Shown: one piece after another, positions 10,672 through 22,240 of the stretch | How the letters are laid out: each line of letters opens with the position of its first letter | How positions within the stretch are numbered: the stretch's first letter is position 1 | NCBI GenBank assembly: GCA_000008885.1 | Contig: BA000021.3 | Location: 150,001 to 182,000, forward strand | DNA: 32,000 bases | Direction of reading: 5' to 3' | From: Wigglesworthia glossinidia endosymbiont of Glossina brevipalpis | GTDB lineage: Bacteria > Pseudomonadota > Gammaproteobacteria > Enterobacterales > Enterobacteriaceae | Notes under the pieces: generated by a model | Seen by the model: the letters and a program-made list of their open reading frames with translations, nothing else | The model's database searches: none | Told to the model about the DNA's origin: nothing | Translations under genes and position numbers: made by a program

Positions 10672-13600
10672 TTATCCTATTTGTTTTCTAGCGTTTTTAA
10701 AAACCTTAATCCATGGACTATATTCACTAGAATAATTAGATATCCAAGAACAATTTACCATTCTAACATGTCTTTCTGGATGAGGCATAGATATTGTTAT
10801 TCTACCGTCAGAATTAGTAATTGCAGTAATGCCGTTTTTAGATCCATTTGGATTATATGGATATACTTCTGTAGTCATGCGATAATTATCTACATATTTT
10901 AAAACTACTAGTTTTGAGTTTTCTAATTTATTTAAGTGAAAATGTTTTTTAAATTCTACTCTTCCTAAGCTATGGGCGACAGATATTGGAATATAAGATC
11001 CTTTCATTCCTTGAAATAATAAAGATGGGCTATTCATAACTTCTACTAATACAATTCTAGATTCAAATCTATTTGATTTATTTTTTACGAATTTAGGCCA
11101 AAATTTCGATCCTGGAATTATTTCTCTTAAATATGACATCATTTGACATCCATTGCATACTCCAAATGATAAAGTATTTTTATCATTAAAAAATGATTCG
11201 AACATATCTCTTAATTTATTATTTAATAAAATTGTTTTAGCCCATCCATAACCTCCGTTCAATACGTCTCCATATGAAAAACCACCGCATGCAACTAAAA
11301 CTGAGAATTCTTTTAATATATTATTTTTACTATAACGCAAATCATTCATATGAATATCTATTGGTTGAAATCCGGCTTTGTAAAAGGCATGAGCCATCTC
11401 CAAATATGCATTTGTTCCTTGTTCTCTTAAAATTGCAACTTTTGGGTATTTTCCAGTTATAAAAAAAGGAAAAGAAGTGTCGTTTTCATAATCAAAGCTT
11501 AAACAAGTATCAAGGCCTGGATTATTAAAATCTCCTCTGACCTCATGTTCTTGGTTAGCGCTTTTTGGATCGTCTCTCAATCTTTGAATGTTCCAGGTAG
11601 TTTCTGACCACCATAAACGCAAAGTAGTTATGCTGTTTTCGTATAAAATTTTGTTTTTATAAGTTAAAGAAAACTGATCTCCTATATAAGAATATCCTAT
11701 ATTATATATATAATCATTTAAACCGAAACTTTTAAAAATGCTAAATACATTATTATAATCATTTTTTTTTATTTGTATAACTACTCCTAATTCTTCATTA
11801 AATAATATTTTTATTATATCATTTCCTAGTTTACTTAAATTTATATTTATAGAACAATGACCTGCAAAAGCCATTTCTAAAATAGTAACTAATAAACCTC
11901 CATCTGATCTATCATGATACGCAATTATTTTATTTGACTTAATTAGTTTTTGAAAAATATAAAAAAACATCTTAAATTTTTTTGTATCTCTTAAATCAGC
12001 TACATTATCTCCAATTTGTTGGTATACTTGAGATAAAGCTGTTCCACCCAATGATTGATTAAAATCTCCAAGATCAATAAAAAGAATAATATTATCTATA
12101 TCAGATTTTAATTGAGGAGTTACATTTAATCTAACGTCTTCTATCGGAGAACATGCTGTTATTATTAATGATGGAGGTGAAATAATAGAAATTTTATTTT
12201 TTTTTTCTAACCATTCTGTTTTCATAAACATAGAATCTTTTCCAACTACAATACTTAGATCCAGTTCAGGGCATGTTTTTTTGCCTAAATTTTCTACTGC
12301 TTTGTATAATTTAAAAGTATCATGATTATTGCTAGAATCAATCATCCAATTTGCTGAAAGCTTTATGTTTTTTAATGAATTAACATACATGCTTGAAATA
12401 TTAGTAATAGCTTCTCCTAAAGATAATCTAGAAGATGCGTTAAAATCTATTAATGAAGCTGGAGATCTTTCCCCTATAGATATAGCTTCTCCAAAGTAGC
12501 TATCAAAGCTTGAAGTAGTAACTGCACAATCTGATACTGGTATTTGCCAAGGTCCTACCATTTGATCTTTTACCACTGACCCAGTAATACTACGATCTCC
12601 TATAGTAATTAAAAAATTCTTATCTGATACAGACGGAAGATGTAACACTCTATTAATTGCGTCAGTTAAATTAATATTTTTTTTATTTATTGGAATTTTT
12701 TTTATATGGCAAACATTTTTAGATTTTTTTCTTATTTTTTTTATTTGAGATTTATTAAAAAAAATATTTACAGGTAAATCTACAACTTTATTTTTAAAAT
12801 AACTATCATAAATTTTCAAATTTAAAGAATTTGTAATTTTTCCTACAATATAATATTGAGCGTTTTCCCTTTTACATATAGAATTAAAAATTTTTATTTT
12901 AGATTTAGATAAAATTAAAACATAACGTTCTTGAGATTCGTTGCATAATATTTCTAATGGGCTCATTTTATTATTTCCAATTAATATTTCTCTTAAAAAT
13001 ACAACACCTCCACATTTTCCATGGTGTAATATTTCTAATATTGAATTAGATAAGCCACCTGCTCCGACATCATGTATAAATAAAATTGGATTTTCTTCTT
13101 CTAATTCGCAACATCTATTAATGACTTCTTGACATCTTCTTTGTATTTCTGGATTTCCGGACTGAATAAAAGGAGATTCTACGTTTAAATAATTTTTAAC
13201 AGAAGAAGAAGATGCTCCTCCTATTCCAACGTTCATTCCTAAATTTCCTAATACTATTATCTTATCTTCTGGATTTATATTTTTTTTATTTACATGTATT
13301 TCACTTATTGATCCAAAACCTCCAGATAGCATAATTGGTTTATGATAACCTCTTATTTCAAAACTATTTTTAGTATTAATTTTTTTTTCATATGTTCTAA
13401 AATACCCAAGTAGACTTGGTCTTCCAAATTCGTTGTTAAATGAAGATGCTCCTAAAGGAGCTTCTAAAATTATTTTTAATGCTGTGCAAATATTTTTTGG
13501 GTAACCAAAACTCTCTTCCCATGGTTGATGATATTTCGGAATAAAAAGATTAGATACAGAAAAACCAGACAATCCAACTTTTGGAATTGATCCACACCCA

Positions 13601-14562
13601 GTAGATCCTTGATCCCTTATATCCCCACCAGCTCCTGTAGAAGACCCTGAAAATGGTGATAAAGCAGTTGGATAATTATGAGTTTCTACTTTAATTAAAA
13701 TATTATTTTTTTTTTGGTAAAAATTATATTTTTTAGTATATGGATTTGAAAAAAATTTACCATAACAGTTTCCTGAAATTATAGCTGAATTATCAAAATA
13801 AGCAGATATAACATTTTTTGGAGTTTTTTTTGTAGTTTTTTTTATCATTGATAACAAAGAATATTTTTTAATTTTATTATCTATGATCCATTTTGCATTA
13901 AATATTTTATGCCTACAATGTTCAGAATTAGCTTGAGAAAATATATATAATTCTGCATCACTAGGATTTCTTTTTAGATTTTTAAATACATTGAATAAAT
14001 ATTCAATTTCTGTTTTATTTAATGATAAGTTTAAATCAATATTTGCTTTTTCTAAAGCATATTTTCCTAATTCTAATATTTTTATTTTTTTTAATTTGTT
14101 TGGTGTTTCTTCATTTTTAAAAATTTTTATCGCTTCTTTTATATCTTTGCAAATAAATTTTGAATTTTTATCATTTAATTTGTTTAAAAAATTTTTTAAT
14201 TCTTCTGAAATATTATTTTTAGAATGATAATAAAGTATTATTCCTCTTTCAATTTTATTTATATCATTTAATCCACAATTTTTTATAATACTTATTATTT
14301 TTGTAGACCAAGATGATAAAGTTCCAAGCCTAGGTATTATTATAAAATAACTTATTTCTTTATTTGGTAAAACAAAGTTTCTAGATTTTAGGAGTTTATT
14401 AATTTTGACAAACGTATTTTTAAAAAAATTTTTTTTATGAGATATAAAATATATATATTCGCAATTTATAAAATTTAAATAAATTTTTAATTTTTTAAAA
14501 CTAATTATTATTTTTTCTAAATAAAGAACAGAATTTGTTTTTTTTCCTGTTAATATTTTCAT
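10672..14562 (-). CDS. purL: Phosphoribosylformylglycinamidine synthase, large single-chain form with C-terminal glutaminase
   Basis: 1296 aa; SEHCRHKIFNA, GTGAGGDIRDQG-like SGAGGDIRDQGSTG, FGRPSLLGYFRTYE, VGKDSMFMKT, glutaminase GVCNGCQMMS and HPERHVRMV motifs. Confidence 0.97.
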   Translation of the reverse strand: MKILTGKKTNSVLYLEKIIISFKKLKIYLNFINCEYIYFISHKKNFFKNTFVKINKLLKSRNFVLPNKEISYFIIIPRLGTLSSWSTKIISIIKNCGLNDINKIERGIILYYHSKNNISEELKNFLNKLNDKNSKFICKDIKEAIKIFKNEETPNKLKKIKILELGKYALEKANIDLNLSLNKTEIEYLFNVFKNLKRNPSDAELYIFSQANSEHCRHKIFNAKWIIDNKIKKYSLLSMIKKTTKKTPKNVISAYFDNSAIISGNCYGKFFSNPYTKKYNFYQKKNNILIKVETHNYPTALSPFSGSSTGAGGDIRDQGSTGCGSIPKVGLSGFSVSNLFIPKYHQPWEESFGYPKNICTALKIILEAPLGASSFNNEFGRPSLLGYFRTYEKKINTKNSFEIRGYHKPIMLSGGFGSISEIHVNKKNINPEDKIIVLGNLGMNVGIGGASSSSVKNYLNVESPFIQSGNPEIQRRCQEVINRCCELEEENPILFIHDVGAGGLSNSILEILHHGKCGGVVFLREILIGNNKMSPLEILCNESQERYVLILSKSKIKIFNSICKRENAQYYIVGKITNSLNLKIYDSYFKNKVVDLPVNIFFNKSQIKKIRKKSKNVCHIKKIPINKKNINLTDAINRVLHLPSVSDKNFLITIGDRSITGSVVKDQMVGPWQIPVSDCAVTTSSFDSYFGEAISIGERSPASLIDFNASSRLSLGEAITNISSMYVNSLKNIKLSANWMIDSSNNHDTFKLYKAVENLGKKTCPELDLSIVVGKDSMFMKTEWLEKKNKISIISPPSLIITACSPIEDVRLNVTPQLKSDIDNIILFIDLGDFNQSLGGTALSQVYQQIGDNVADLRDTKKFKMFFYIFQKLIKSNKIIAYHDRSDGGLLVTILEMAFAGHCSININLSKLGNDIIKILFNEELGVVIQIKKNDYNNVFSIFKSFGLNDYIYNIGYSYIGDQFSLTYKNKILYENSITTLRLWWSETTWNIQRLRDDPKSANQEHEVRGDFNNPGLDTCLSFDYENDTSFPFFITGKYPKVAILREQGTNAYLEMAHAFYKAGFQPIDIHMNDLRYSKNNILKEFSVLVACGGFSYGDVLNGGYGWAKTILLNNKLRDMFESFFNDKNTLSFGVCNGCQMMSYLREIIPGSKFWPKFVKNKSNRFESRIVLVEVMNSPSLLFQGMKGSYIPISVAHSLGRVEFKKHFHLNKLENSKLVVLKYVDNYRMTTEVYPYNPNGSKNGITAITNSDGRITISMPHPERHVRMVNCSWISNYSSEYSPWIKVFKNARKQIG

Positions 14563-14617
14563 TGTTTTAAAATTTCCTAAAATTTTTTATAAAATATAAA
14601 AAATATTAATTTTTATA

Positions 14618-15073
14618 TTAAAAACACAAAAACTTATTTTTATTTTTTTTTCTAATTTTAGAAAAGAACTTATTTATTATTTTTTTACAATTTTCTTCTA
14701 AAATTCCTTCTGTTAATGAAATTTTATGATTTAAATTACAATTATTTAATAAATCTTTAGTAAAAAAATTTATTTTTTTTGTTTTTCTAGCGCCAAAAAT
14801 TAAACGACTAACTCTTGCATTAATAATTGCTCCAATGCACATAATACAAGGTTCTATAGTAGTATATATTTCTGTATTAAGTAATCTGTAATTATTTATA
14901 TTTTTTCCGGCGCTTCTTAAAGCTAATATTTCCGCATGTGCACTAGGATCATTTTTTTTTATGGATTGATTCCATCCTTCTCCTATTATATTATCTTTTA
15001 GTATGACTACAGATCCTATTGGAATTTCTCCAAATTTTTTTGCTTTATTTGCTAAATATAATGCATGATACAT
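14618..15073 (-). CDS. tadA: tRNA-specific adenosine deaminase
   Basis: 151 aa; catalytic AHAEILAL and EPCIMCIGAIINAR zinc-deaminase motifs; IGEGWNQSI. The open frame extends upstream without a canonical start, so the start site is slightly uncertain. Confidence 0.94.
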   Translation of the reverse strand: MYHALYLANKAKKFGEIPIGSVVILKDNIIGEGWNQSIKKNDPSAHAEILALRSAGKNINNYRLLNTEIYTTIEPCIMCIGAIINARVSRLIFGARKTKKINFFTKDLLNNCNLNHKISLTEGILEENCKKIINKFFSKIRKKNKNKFLCF

Positions 15074-15126
15074 CCATATTATATCTTTCAGATAAAATAC
15101 CTTTTATAATTTTTTATTAAAAACTC

Positions 15127-15516
15127 TTATCTTTTAGAAAACTGAGGACGACGTCTAGCTTTTTTAAATCCAACTTTTTTTCTTTCTACACATCTTGAAT
15201 CTCTAGTAATAAAACCTGAATCTCTAAGAGTTGTTTTTAAACTTGAATCATATTTTATTAAAGCTCTTGCTATCCCATGTCTAATAGCTCCAGCTTGACC
15301 TGATATTCCACCGCCTTTTACTGTTATAAATATATCTAATTTATCAGTCATATTGATTATTTCTAATGGTTTTTTAATTAAAGTTATATACGTTTTTTGA
15401 TTAAAATATTTTTTTATATCAATATAATTGATTTTTATTTTTCCTTTTCCAATTTTTATAAAAACACGAGCAGAAGCTGTTTTTCTTCTTCCAGTGCTGT
15501 AATATTGTTCGTTCAT
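15127..15516 (-). CDS. rpsI: 30S ribosomal protein S9
   Basis: 129 aa; [35 protein letters not shown]-terminal [17 protein letters not shown]. Confidence 0.99.
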
Positions 15517-15537
15517 AAATATTATTACCAGAATTGA

Positions 15538-15966
15538 TCATGTTAAAAGTTTTTTTGGTTTTTGAGCTTCATGGTTATGACTTTCTCCAGAAAAAATTTT
15601 TAATTTTTTTATCATAACTCTTCCTAAACTTCCTTTTGGAAGCATACCTTTTACAGATTTATATATCACTAGTTCTGAATTATTTTTTATCATATTTTCT
15701 AAGCTTATTTTTTTTATTCCTCCGCTATACCCTGTGTGATGATAATAAAATTTATTTTTTAATTTTTTCCCAGTGATTTTTATTTTTTTAGAATTAATTA
15801 CTATAACATAATTTCCAGAATCAACATGAGGAGTATATGTTATATCGTTCTTTCCTTTTAAGATACTTGCTAATTTTGTAGAGAATCTTCCTAAAATTTT
15901 ATTTTTTGCATCAAAAATATGCCAATTTTGTCTTGCAATATTTTTTTTTAGCATAAAAGTTTTCAT
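15538..15966 (-). CDS. rplM: 50S ribosomal protein L13
   Basis: 142 aa; WHIFDAKNKILGRFSTKLA, VKGMLPKGSLGRVMIKKLKIFSGESHNHEAQKP. Confidence 0.99.
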   Translation of the reverse strand: MKTFMLKKNIARQNWHIFDAKNKILGRFSTKLASILKGKNDITYTPHVDSGNYVIVINSKKIKITGKKLKNKFYYHHTGYSGGIKKISLENMIKNNSELVIYKSVKGMLPKGSLGRVMIKKLKIFSGESHNHEAQKPKKLLT

Positions 15967-16052
15967 ATTTTATATTTTTAATTTAAAATTAATTTATATT
16001 ATTTTTATATCTAAAATTATAAATAAATTTTTTATTAAAGTCGAATTATTTC

Positions 16053-17159
16053 TTAACTTAAATTGGAAGATAAAAAATATTTTTTGCTTTGCATTTCATG
16101 AAGTCTAGAAATACATCTTTTGTATTCAAATTTTAATAATTTTCCAACATATATATTTGATATAACAACAGATGAAAGAACAACTAGTTTTACTTTATTA
16201 TCATATAAAGAGTCTACTAAAAATAAAAATCTTTTTCCTACATCTTCTTGATATTCATTTATTTGAGATACATTATATATGAAAATAATATTAAATTTTT
16301 TAGATAAAATAAAATAATCACTTTGATCAAGAGGTTTTATGCATAGATCTTTGAAATCAAAAACAGGTATTTTTTTATTTACTATTCTTAAAGATTTTAT
16401 TAATCTATTATTAATTAAAATATTATAGTTCTTCTTTACATATTTTTTAATTCCTAAAAGTTTTAAAAAAATTTTTTTTGTTTTAAAAGAAATAGGACTT
16501 ATCCAAATTTTCAAAAAAGTAGAATTTTTTAATCTATAATCTATTCCTGAATCTAAATTAAAAATAGTATAATTTTTATTAATTAATTTTATAGTAGAAA
16601 TAAATCGAGATCTTTGTAGTCCATTTTTATATAAATCATTAGGAGGAATATTTGATGTAATTATTAATATAATTTTAAATTTTAAAAAGTATTTTATAAT
16701 TCTGCTAAAAAGCATTGCATTTGCTATATCATGAATAAAAAATTCGTCAAAACATATTATATCCAATTTTTTTTTTATATTATTAGAAATAATTTTTAAA
16801 GGATTTGGATTACCGCTTAAATTATTCATTTTTCTATGAATATCAATCATAAAATGATGAAAATGAAATCTCATTTTTCTTTTAGTAGGTAAATTTTGAT
16901 AAAATAAATCCATAATCCAAGTTTTTCCTCTTCCCACTCCTCCCCATATATATAAATTATATTTGTTTAATTCAAAAAAATTTTTTTTATTAAAAGTTTT
17001 ATTTAAAAATCTAATAAATATGTTTTTCAAAAGATATTTATCGTGCAAAAAAACTTTATATGTATTATCTAAACATTTAATTAAATTTATTTGCGCATCA
17101 TCATGATTATATTTTTTTTCAATTATTTTATTTTTATATATGTTCAATAAAGAATTCAT
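16053..17159 (-). CDS. zapE: Cell division ATPase ZapE (AFG1-like)
   Basis: 368 aa; Walker A GGVGRGKTWIMDLFY, HFHHFMIDIHRKM, Walker B ICFDEFFIHDIANAM; position directly beside rplM as in E. coli. Confidence 0.93.
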   Translation of the reverse strand: MNSLLNIYKNKIIEKKYNHDDAQINLIKCLDNTYKVFLHDKYLLKNIFIRFLNKTFNKKNFFELNKYNLYIWGGVGRGKTWIMDLFYQNLPTKRKMRFHFHHFMIDIHRKMNNLSGNPNPLKIISNNIKKKLDIICFDEFFIHDIANAMLFSRIIKYFLKFKIILIITSNIPPNDLYKNGLQRSRFISTIKLINKNYTIFNLDSGIDYRLKNSTFLKIWISPISFKTKKIFLKLLGIKKYVKKNYNILINNRLIKSLRIVNKKIPVFDFKDLCIKPLDQSDYFILSKKFNIIFIYNVSQINEYQEDVGKRFLFLVDSLYDNKVKLVVLSSVVISNIYVGKLLKFEYKRCISRLHEMQSKKYFLSSNLS

Positions 17160-17312
17160 ATTAATAATTTTCTGTATTTAATTTAAATAAAAATTTTTAT
17201 ATAAAATTGAATTGATAAATTACTATATAAATAGGATATTATATTATTTTAAAAAAATATTTAATAAATACAACTTATTTTTTATCATTAATAATATTAA
17301 GGAACAAAAGAT

Positions 17313-17684
17313 ATGTTACAATATGTTTTTATTGGATTTATATTAGGATTAATTATTGGATTAATTATTATGAGATATGGAAATAAAACGATAAGAAATC
17401 AAAATAAAATAAAAAAAAACCTAGAAGAAAGTAAAGAAGAATTTATAGAATATAAAAAAGAAATAAAAGATCATCTATTTAAAAGTATGGAATTATTAGA
17501 AAAGCTAACTTCTGATTATCATAATTTATATAATCATATATATAAAGGTTACAAATTTTTTATATATAAAAAAAGCAAAAAAAATTATATTAAAAATGAA
17601 AATGAATTTTTTTTCGAAAAAACTCAACCAAGAGATTATCCAATAAAAAATGATAAAATTATATTAAATAAAATAAAAAAATAA
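17313..17684 (+). CDS. zapG: Z-ring associated protein ZapG (YhcB/DUF1043 family)
   Basis: 123 aa; N-terminal TM GFILGLIIGLIIMRYGNK followed by a coiled region ...ELLEKLTSDYHNLYNHIYKG and a C-terminal QPRDYP, as in YhcB; divergent from zapE and upstream of degQ as in E. coli. Confidence 0.88.
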   Translation: MLQYVFIGFILGLIIGLIIMRYGNKTIRNQNKIKKNLEESKEEFIEYKKEIKDHLFKSMELLEKLTSDYHNLYNHIYKGYKFFIYKKSKKNYIKNENEFFFEKTQPRDYPIKNDKIILNKIKK

Positions 17685-17775
17685 TTTAAAAAATTTTGAT
17701 AAATTATATTCCATAATAAATATTTTCAATATAAATTAAAGTATTTTAATTTTATAAAAATAAAATAAGAAAAAA

Positions 17776-19149
17776 ATGAAAAAAATTTTTTTATTTAAAA
17801 TATTAATAATATTAATATTGACTTTAAACTTTATTTTTAACAAAGACGCAAAAGCATTTTTTTATGGAGAAAACAAAGAGCAAATAATGCCAAGTTTGGC
17901 TCCTATGTTAACTAAAGTTCTTCCTGCAGTAGTGAGCGTTCATGTTGAAGGTAGTCAGCCAATCAAAAGATTTGTTTTACCAAAAGAGTTTAAATATTTT
18001 TTTGGGCCAGACCTACCATTTGGTAGTAATGGAATAAAACCATTTGAAGGATTAGGGTCTGGAGTAATAATAGATGCTATAAATGGATATGTCATTACAA
18101 ACAATCATGTTATAAATGGAGCTGATAAAATAAAAATTCAATTAAATGATAATAGAGAATTTGTTGCAAAATTAATTGGAAAGGATGATCAAACAGATTT
18201 AGCTTTATTGCAAATTCCTATCAACAAAAATCTAATAGCAATTCAAATTGCTGATTCAGATAATTTAAAAGTAGGAGATTTTGCAATTGCAATAGGTAAT
18301 CCATTTGGATTAGGACAGACTGTAACTTCTGGAATAGTATCTGCCTTAGGCAGAAGTGGATTAAATCTAGAAGGTTTAGAAAATTTTATACAAACAGATG
18401 CTTCTATAAATAGAGGAAATTCAGGAGGAGCTTTAGTTAATTTAAATGGAGAATTAATAGGAATTAATACTGCTATTTTAGCTCCTGGAGGAGGAAACAT
18501 TGGAATTGGATTTGCCATTCCAAGCAATATAGTAAAAAATTTATGTCAACAAATAATAGAACATGGAAAAGTAAAAAGAGGACAACTAGGAATAAAAGGA
18601 ACAGAGCTTACATATGATATAGCTAAAGCATTTAATATAGATGCACAAAGGGGTGCTTTTGTAAGTGAAGTTATACCAAATTCTGCAGCTTCCAAAGCTG
18701 GAATGAAAGCTGGAGATATAATTTTATCAGTAAATGGAAAATCTATAAAAAGTTTTGCAGAATTAAGAGTAAAAGTTGGAATTACTGCTCCTGGCAAAAC
18801 AATTTCTCTTGGCATATTGAGAAATGGAAAACCAAAAAATATATCTGTAACATTGGATGATAAATCTAATATTTATACGTTAGAAGATATATCAATACCT
18901 TCATTGCAGGGAGTATCATTATCTAATGGATCATTAAAAGATGGGACTTTAGGTGTAAAAGTAGAAGATGTAATAAAAGATTCTCCTGCTTATGTTATAG
19001 GTTTGAAAAAAAACGATATAATTATAGGAATTAACAGAGAAAGAGTACAAAATTTAGATCAATTAAAAAAAGCATTAAATTCTAAACCATCAGTAATAGC
19101 TTTAAATATAGTAAGAGGAGAAGCAAAAATTTTTCTTTTATTAAGATAA
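17776..19149 (+). CDS. degQ: Periplasmic serine endoprotease DegQ (HtrA family, two PDZ domains)
   Basis: 457 aa; signal peptide; TNNHVI, ALLQIP, GNSGGALVN catalytic triad regions; LGIKGTELTYDIAKAFNIDAQRGAFVSEV; C-terminal IALNIVRGEAKIFLLLR. Confidence 0.95.
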   Translation: MKKIFLFKILIILILTLNFIFNKDAKAFFYGENKEQIMPSLAPMLTKVLPAVVSVHVEGSQPIKRFVLPKEFKYFFGPDLPFGSNGIKPFEGLGSGVIIDAINGYVITNNHVINGADKIKIQLNDNREFVAKLIGKDDQTDLALLQIPINKNLIAIQIADSDNLKVGDFAIAIGNPFGLGQTVTSGIVSALGRSGLNLEGLENFIQTDASINRGNSGGALVNLNGELIGINTAILAPGGGNIGIGFAIPSNIVKNLCQQIIEHGKVKRGQLGIKGTELTYDIAKAFNIDAQRGAFVSEVIPNSAASKAGMKAGDIILSVNGKSIKSFAELRVKVGITAPGKTISLGILRNGKPKNISVTLDDKSNIYTLEDISIPSLQGVSLSNGSLKDGTLGVKVEDVIKDSPAYVIGLKKNDIIIGINRERVQNLDQLKKALNSKPSVIALNIVRGEAKIFLLLR

Positions 19150-19178
19150 AATTTATATTTAAAATTAATGTTTTTATA

Positions 19179-21059
19179 TCAAACTAAAAAATTTAACCAA
19201 TTTTTTATTTTTTCCTTAATTCCAATACTGTCTAACCCCAAAGAAGATCTTACTTCCGTTTGACTTCCATGAGAAACAAAATTATCAGGTATTCCAATGT
19301 TAAGAACAGGTACAAGCAATTTATTGTACATTATAAATTCATTAACTGCACTTCCAGCTCCTCCCATTATTACATTTTCTTCTATAGTAATTAAAGCTTT
19401 ATGTGTTTTTGCCATACGTATTAACAATAAGTTATCAAGAGGTTTTACAAATCTCATATCTACTAAAGTTGCATCCAGTTCTTTGGCTACTATATTAGCT
19501 TGTATTAATAACACTCCAAAATTTAAAATAGCTATTTTTTTCCCTTTTCTCAATACAATGCCTTTGCCTAATGGAATTTTATAAAGATTGCTAAATTTTA
19601 CTCCTATGCCATATCCTCTTGGGTATCTAACAGCGCTTGGACCTAGTTGTTGGTATCCTGTATGAAGCATTAGTCTGCATTCATTTTCATCACTAGGAGT
19701 CATTATAATCATGTTTGGAATACACCTTAAATATGATAAATCTAAAAAACCTTGGTGAGTAGGTCCATCTGGACCAACTATTCCAGCTCTATCAATTGCA
19801 AATAACACTGGTAATTTTTGAATAGCAATATCATGAATAATTTGATCATAGGCGCGTTGCAAGAAAGTAGAATAAATTGCTACAATTGGTTTATATCCTC
19901 CAATAGCTAATCCTGCAGCAAAAGTTACAGCATGTTGTTCTGCAATAGCAACATCAAAATACTGATTAGGATACATTTTAGAAAAATTAACTAAACCTGA
20001 TCCTTCTCTCATAGCTGGAGTTATAGCGATTAATTTTTTGTCTTTTTTTGCTGTATCGCATAACCATTTTCCAAATATTGAAGAATAAGTATTTAAAGAA
20101 TTTTGTTTTTTAGGAGGAATTCCGATTTGTAGATTAAATTTTGGAACTGCATGCCAACCGATCGGATCTTTTTCAGCAGGAGCATATCCCATTCCTTTTT
20201 TTGTAATTACATGTAAAATATTTGGTCCTTTTTTAAGCCTTAATTTTTTCAATATATTAGATAAAAGCAAAACATCGTGCCCATTATATGGGCCAGAATA
20301 ATTAAATCCTAATTCTTCGAATAAATACTTAGGAGAAAAATAATTGTTAATTTTATTTTCTAAAATTTCTATAATTTTTTTAAATCTAGGTATCTTATTT
20401 AGTAATTTTTCTCCATTCTTCTTTAAGAAAGGAAATATTTTTTTTGATATAAAATTATTAGAATATTTGTTTAAAGCTCCAACATTTTCGGATATTGACA
20501 TCTCATTATCATTCAAAACTATTAATAAATCTGATTTAATATCTCCAGCATGATTCATAGCTTCAAAAGCCATTCCGGAAGTTATCGCTCCATCTCCAAT
20601 TACAGAAACTACTTTGCGTCCCATGCCTTCTTTTCTAGCAGAAATCGACATTCCTAAACTAGCGCTGATAGAAGTAGAAGAATGTCCTACGGATAATATA
20701 TCATATTCACTTTCTTCTCTAAATGGAAATGGATGTAATCCATTTTTTTTTCTTATGCTTCTTATTTGGTCTCTCCTGCCAGTAATTATTTTATGTGGAT
20801 ATGCTTGATGTCCAACGTCCCAAACTAAATAATCAAAAGGAGTATTGTATATATAATGTAAAGCTACTGTAAGCTCTATTACTCCTAGACCTGATGCAAA
20901 ATGACCGCTAGAACTACTAACACTATCGATTAAAAATTCTCTTAATTCTTCACAAAGGAATATAAGTTTTTTTTTTGGCAATTTTCTTAATTCAATAGGG
21001 TTATTTATTTTTTTTAAAATTGAAAATTTTATTTCATTTTTGTTTTTTGAATTATTCAT
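19179..21059 (-). CDS. dxs: 1-deoxy-D-xylulose-5-phosphate synthase
   Basis: 626 aa; [69 protein letters not shown]-dependent transketolase motifs, [16 protein letters not shown]. Confidence 0.98.
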
Positions 21060-21080
21060 TTTTTTGGAAAAATTATTTTA

Positions 21081-21983
21081 TTACTTATTTCTTATTATAA
21101 TATAATGCGCTAATTTTATTAGTGATTCAGTATTATAACCTAATTCATTAATATATTCTAAATAAGATAATGATTTTTTATATAAATTAAATGCTTTTTC
21201 TTTAGATAATTTTATTCCAATTAAACTTGAATAAGTATTTTTATTTAATTTTTTATCCGATCCTTGACATTTTCCAGTAATTTTTTTTGATCCAATTACA
21301 TTTAAAATATCATCTTGAATTTGAAACGCTAAACCTATTGATTTAGAATATTTTATTAAATTTATTAATATTTTTTTATTTTTTATATTACTAGATAGTA
21401 TTGTCATTCTAGTTGCAGCATAAATTAAAAAGCTTGTTTTGTATTTATAAATTTCTTCCAATTGTTTAATAGATATCAATGATCCTTGATTTTCTAAATC
21501 TAAAGATTGTCCTAAACACATTCCTTTAGCTCCAGATGCATATGAAAGTATAGAAATCATTTTCATTCTATTATTTACAGATACATCTGGCATATTTACA
21601 GTAGATAATATATTAAAAGCTAAAGATTGCAATGAATCTCCAGCTAATATAGCGATGTATTCATTAAATTTTACATGACAAGATTCACGACCTCTACGAA
21701 ATCTATCATTATCCATAGATGGCAAATCGTCATGAATTAATGAATATGCATGAATGCATTCTATTGAAGCCGCTATACAATCTAAATTATTTGAAGAAAC
21801 GTTAAGCATTTTTCCTATGCAATATACTAGAAATGCTCTCAATCTCTTACCGCCATTTAATAATGCGTATTTCATAGCTAAAGTTAAATTCATATTTTTT
21901 TTAGAAAAAATATTTAAATATTTTTTTAAAATTAAATTAATATGATTCTGAATCTTTGTTAAAGATAATAAAAAATTATTCAT
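21081..21983 (-). CDS. ispA: Farnesyl diphosphate synthase
   Basis: 300 aa; GGKRLRAFLVY, first Asp-rich motif DDLPSMDNDRFRRG, second FQIQDDILNVIG; immediately downstream region of dxs block as in E. coli. Confidence 0.95.
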   Translation of the reverse strand: MNNFLLSLTKIQNHINLILKKYLNIFSKKNMNLTLAMKYALLNGGKRLRAFLVYCIGKMLNVSSNNLDCIAASIECIHAYSLIHDDLPSMDNDRFRRGRESCHVKFNEYIAILAGDSLQSLAFNILSTVNMPDVSVNNRMKMISILSYASGAKGMCLGQSLDLENQGSLISIKQLEEIYKYKTSFLIYAATRMTILSSNIKNKKILINLIKYSKSIGLAFQIQDDILNVIGSKKITGKCQGSDKKLNKNTYSSLIGIKLSKEKAFNLYKKSLSYLEYINELGYNTESLIKLAHYIIIRNK

Positions 21984-22240
21984 TAAAAAAATTAAACTTT
22001 TTTAAAAACATTAATATTTTTTTATTATAAACACATAAAAAATTTTTTATCAAAAATAAAATACATGTTTTTATTAATAAATTTTATTAAAAAATAATTT
22101 GATATAAATTTAATTTGATTTATAATTATTAACAATCTTAAAACTAATTTCTGTGTTAGAATTAAAAATAAAAATATTTAATAAATATATGATTTAATGT
22201 AAAAAAAATTATATGAAATTTTAATTAAAAATTAAATTTA

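Noticed and set aside
10681-14227. Several small plus-strand ORFs opposite purL (10681-10902, 11274-11462, 12941-13132, 13991-14227)
   Set aside because: All antisense to an intact, strongly conserved purL with no independent support.
18243-18815. Two minus-strand ORFs (94 and 89 aa) antisense to degQ
   Set aside because: Pro/Ser-rich antisense translations of the conserved protease gene; typical spurious shadow ORFs.
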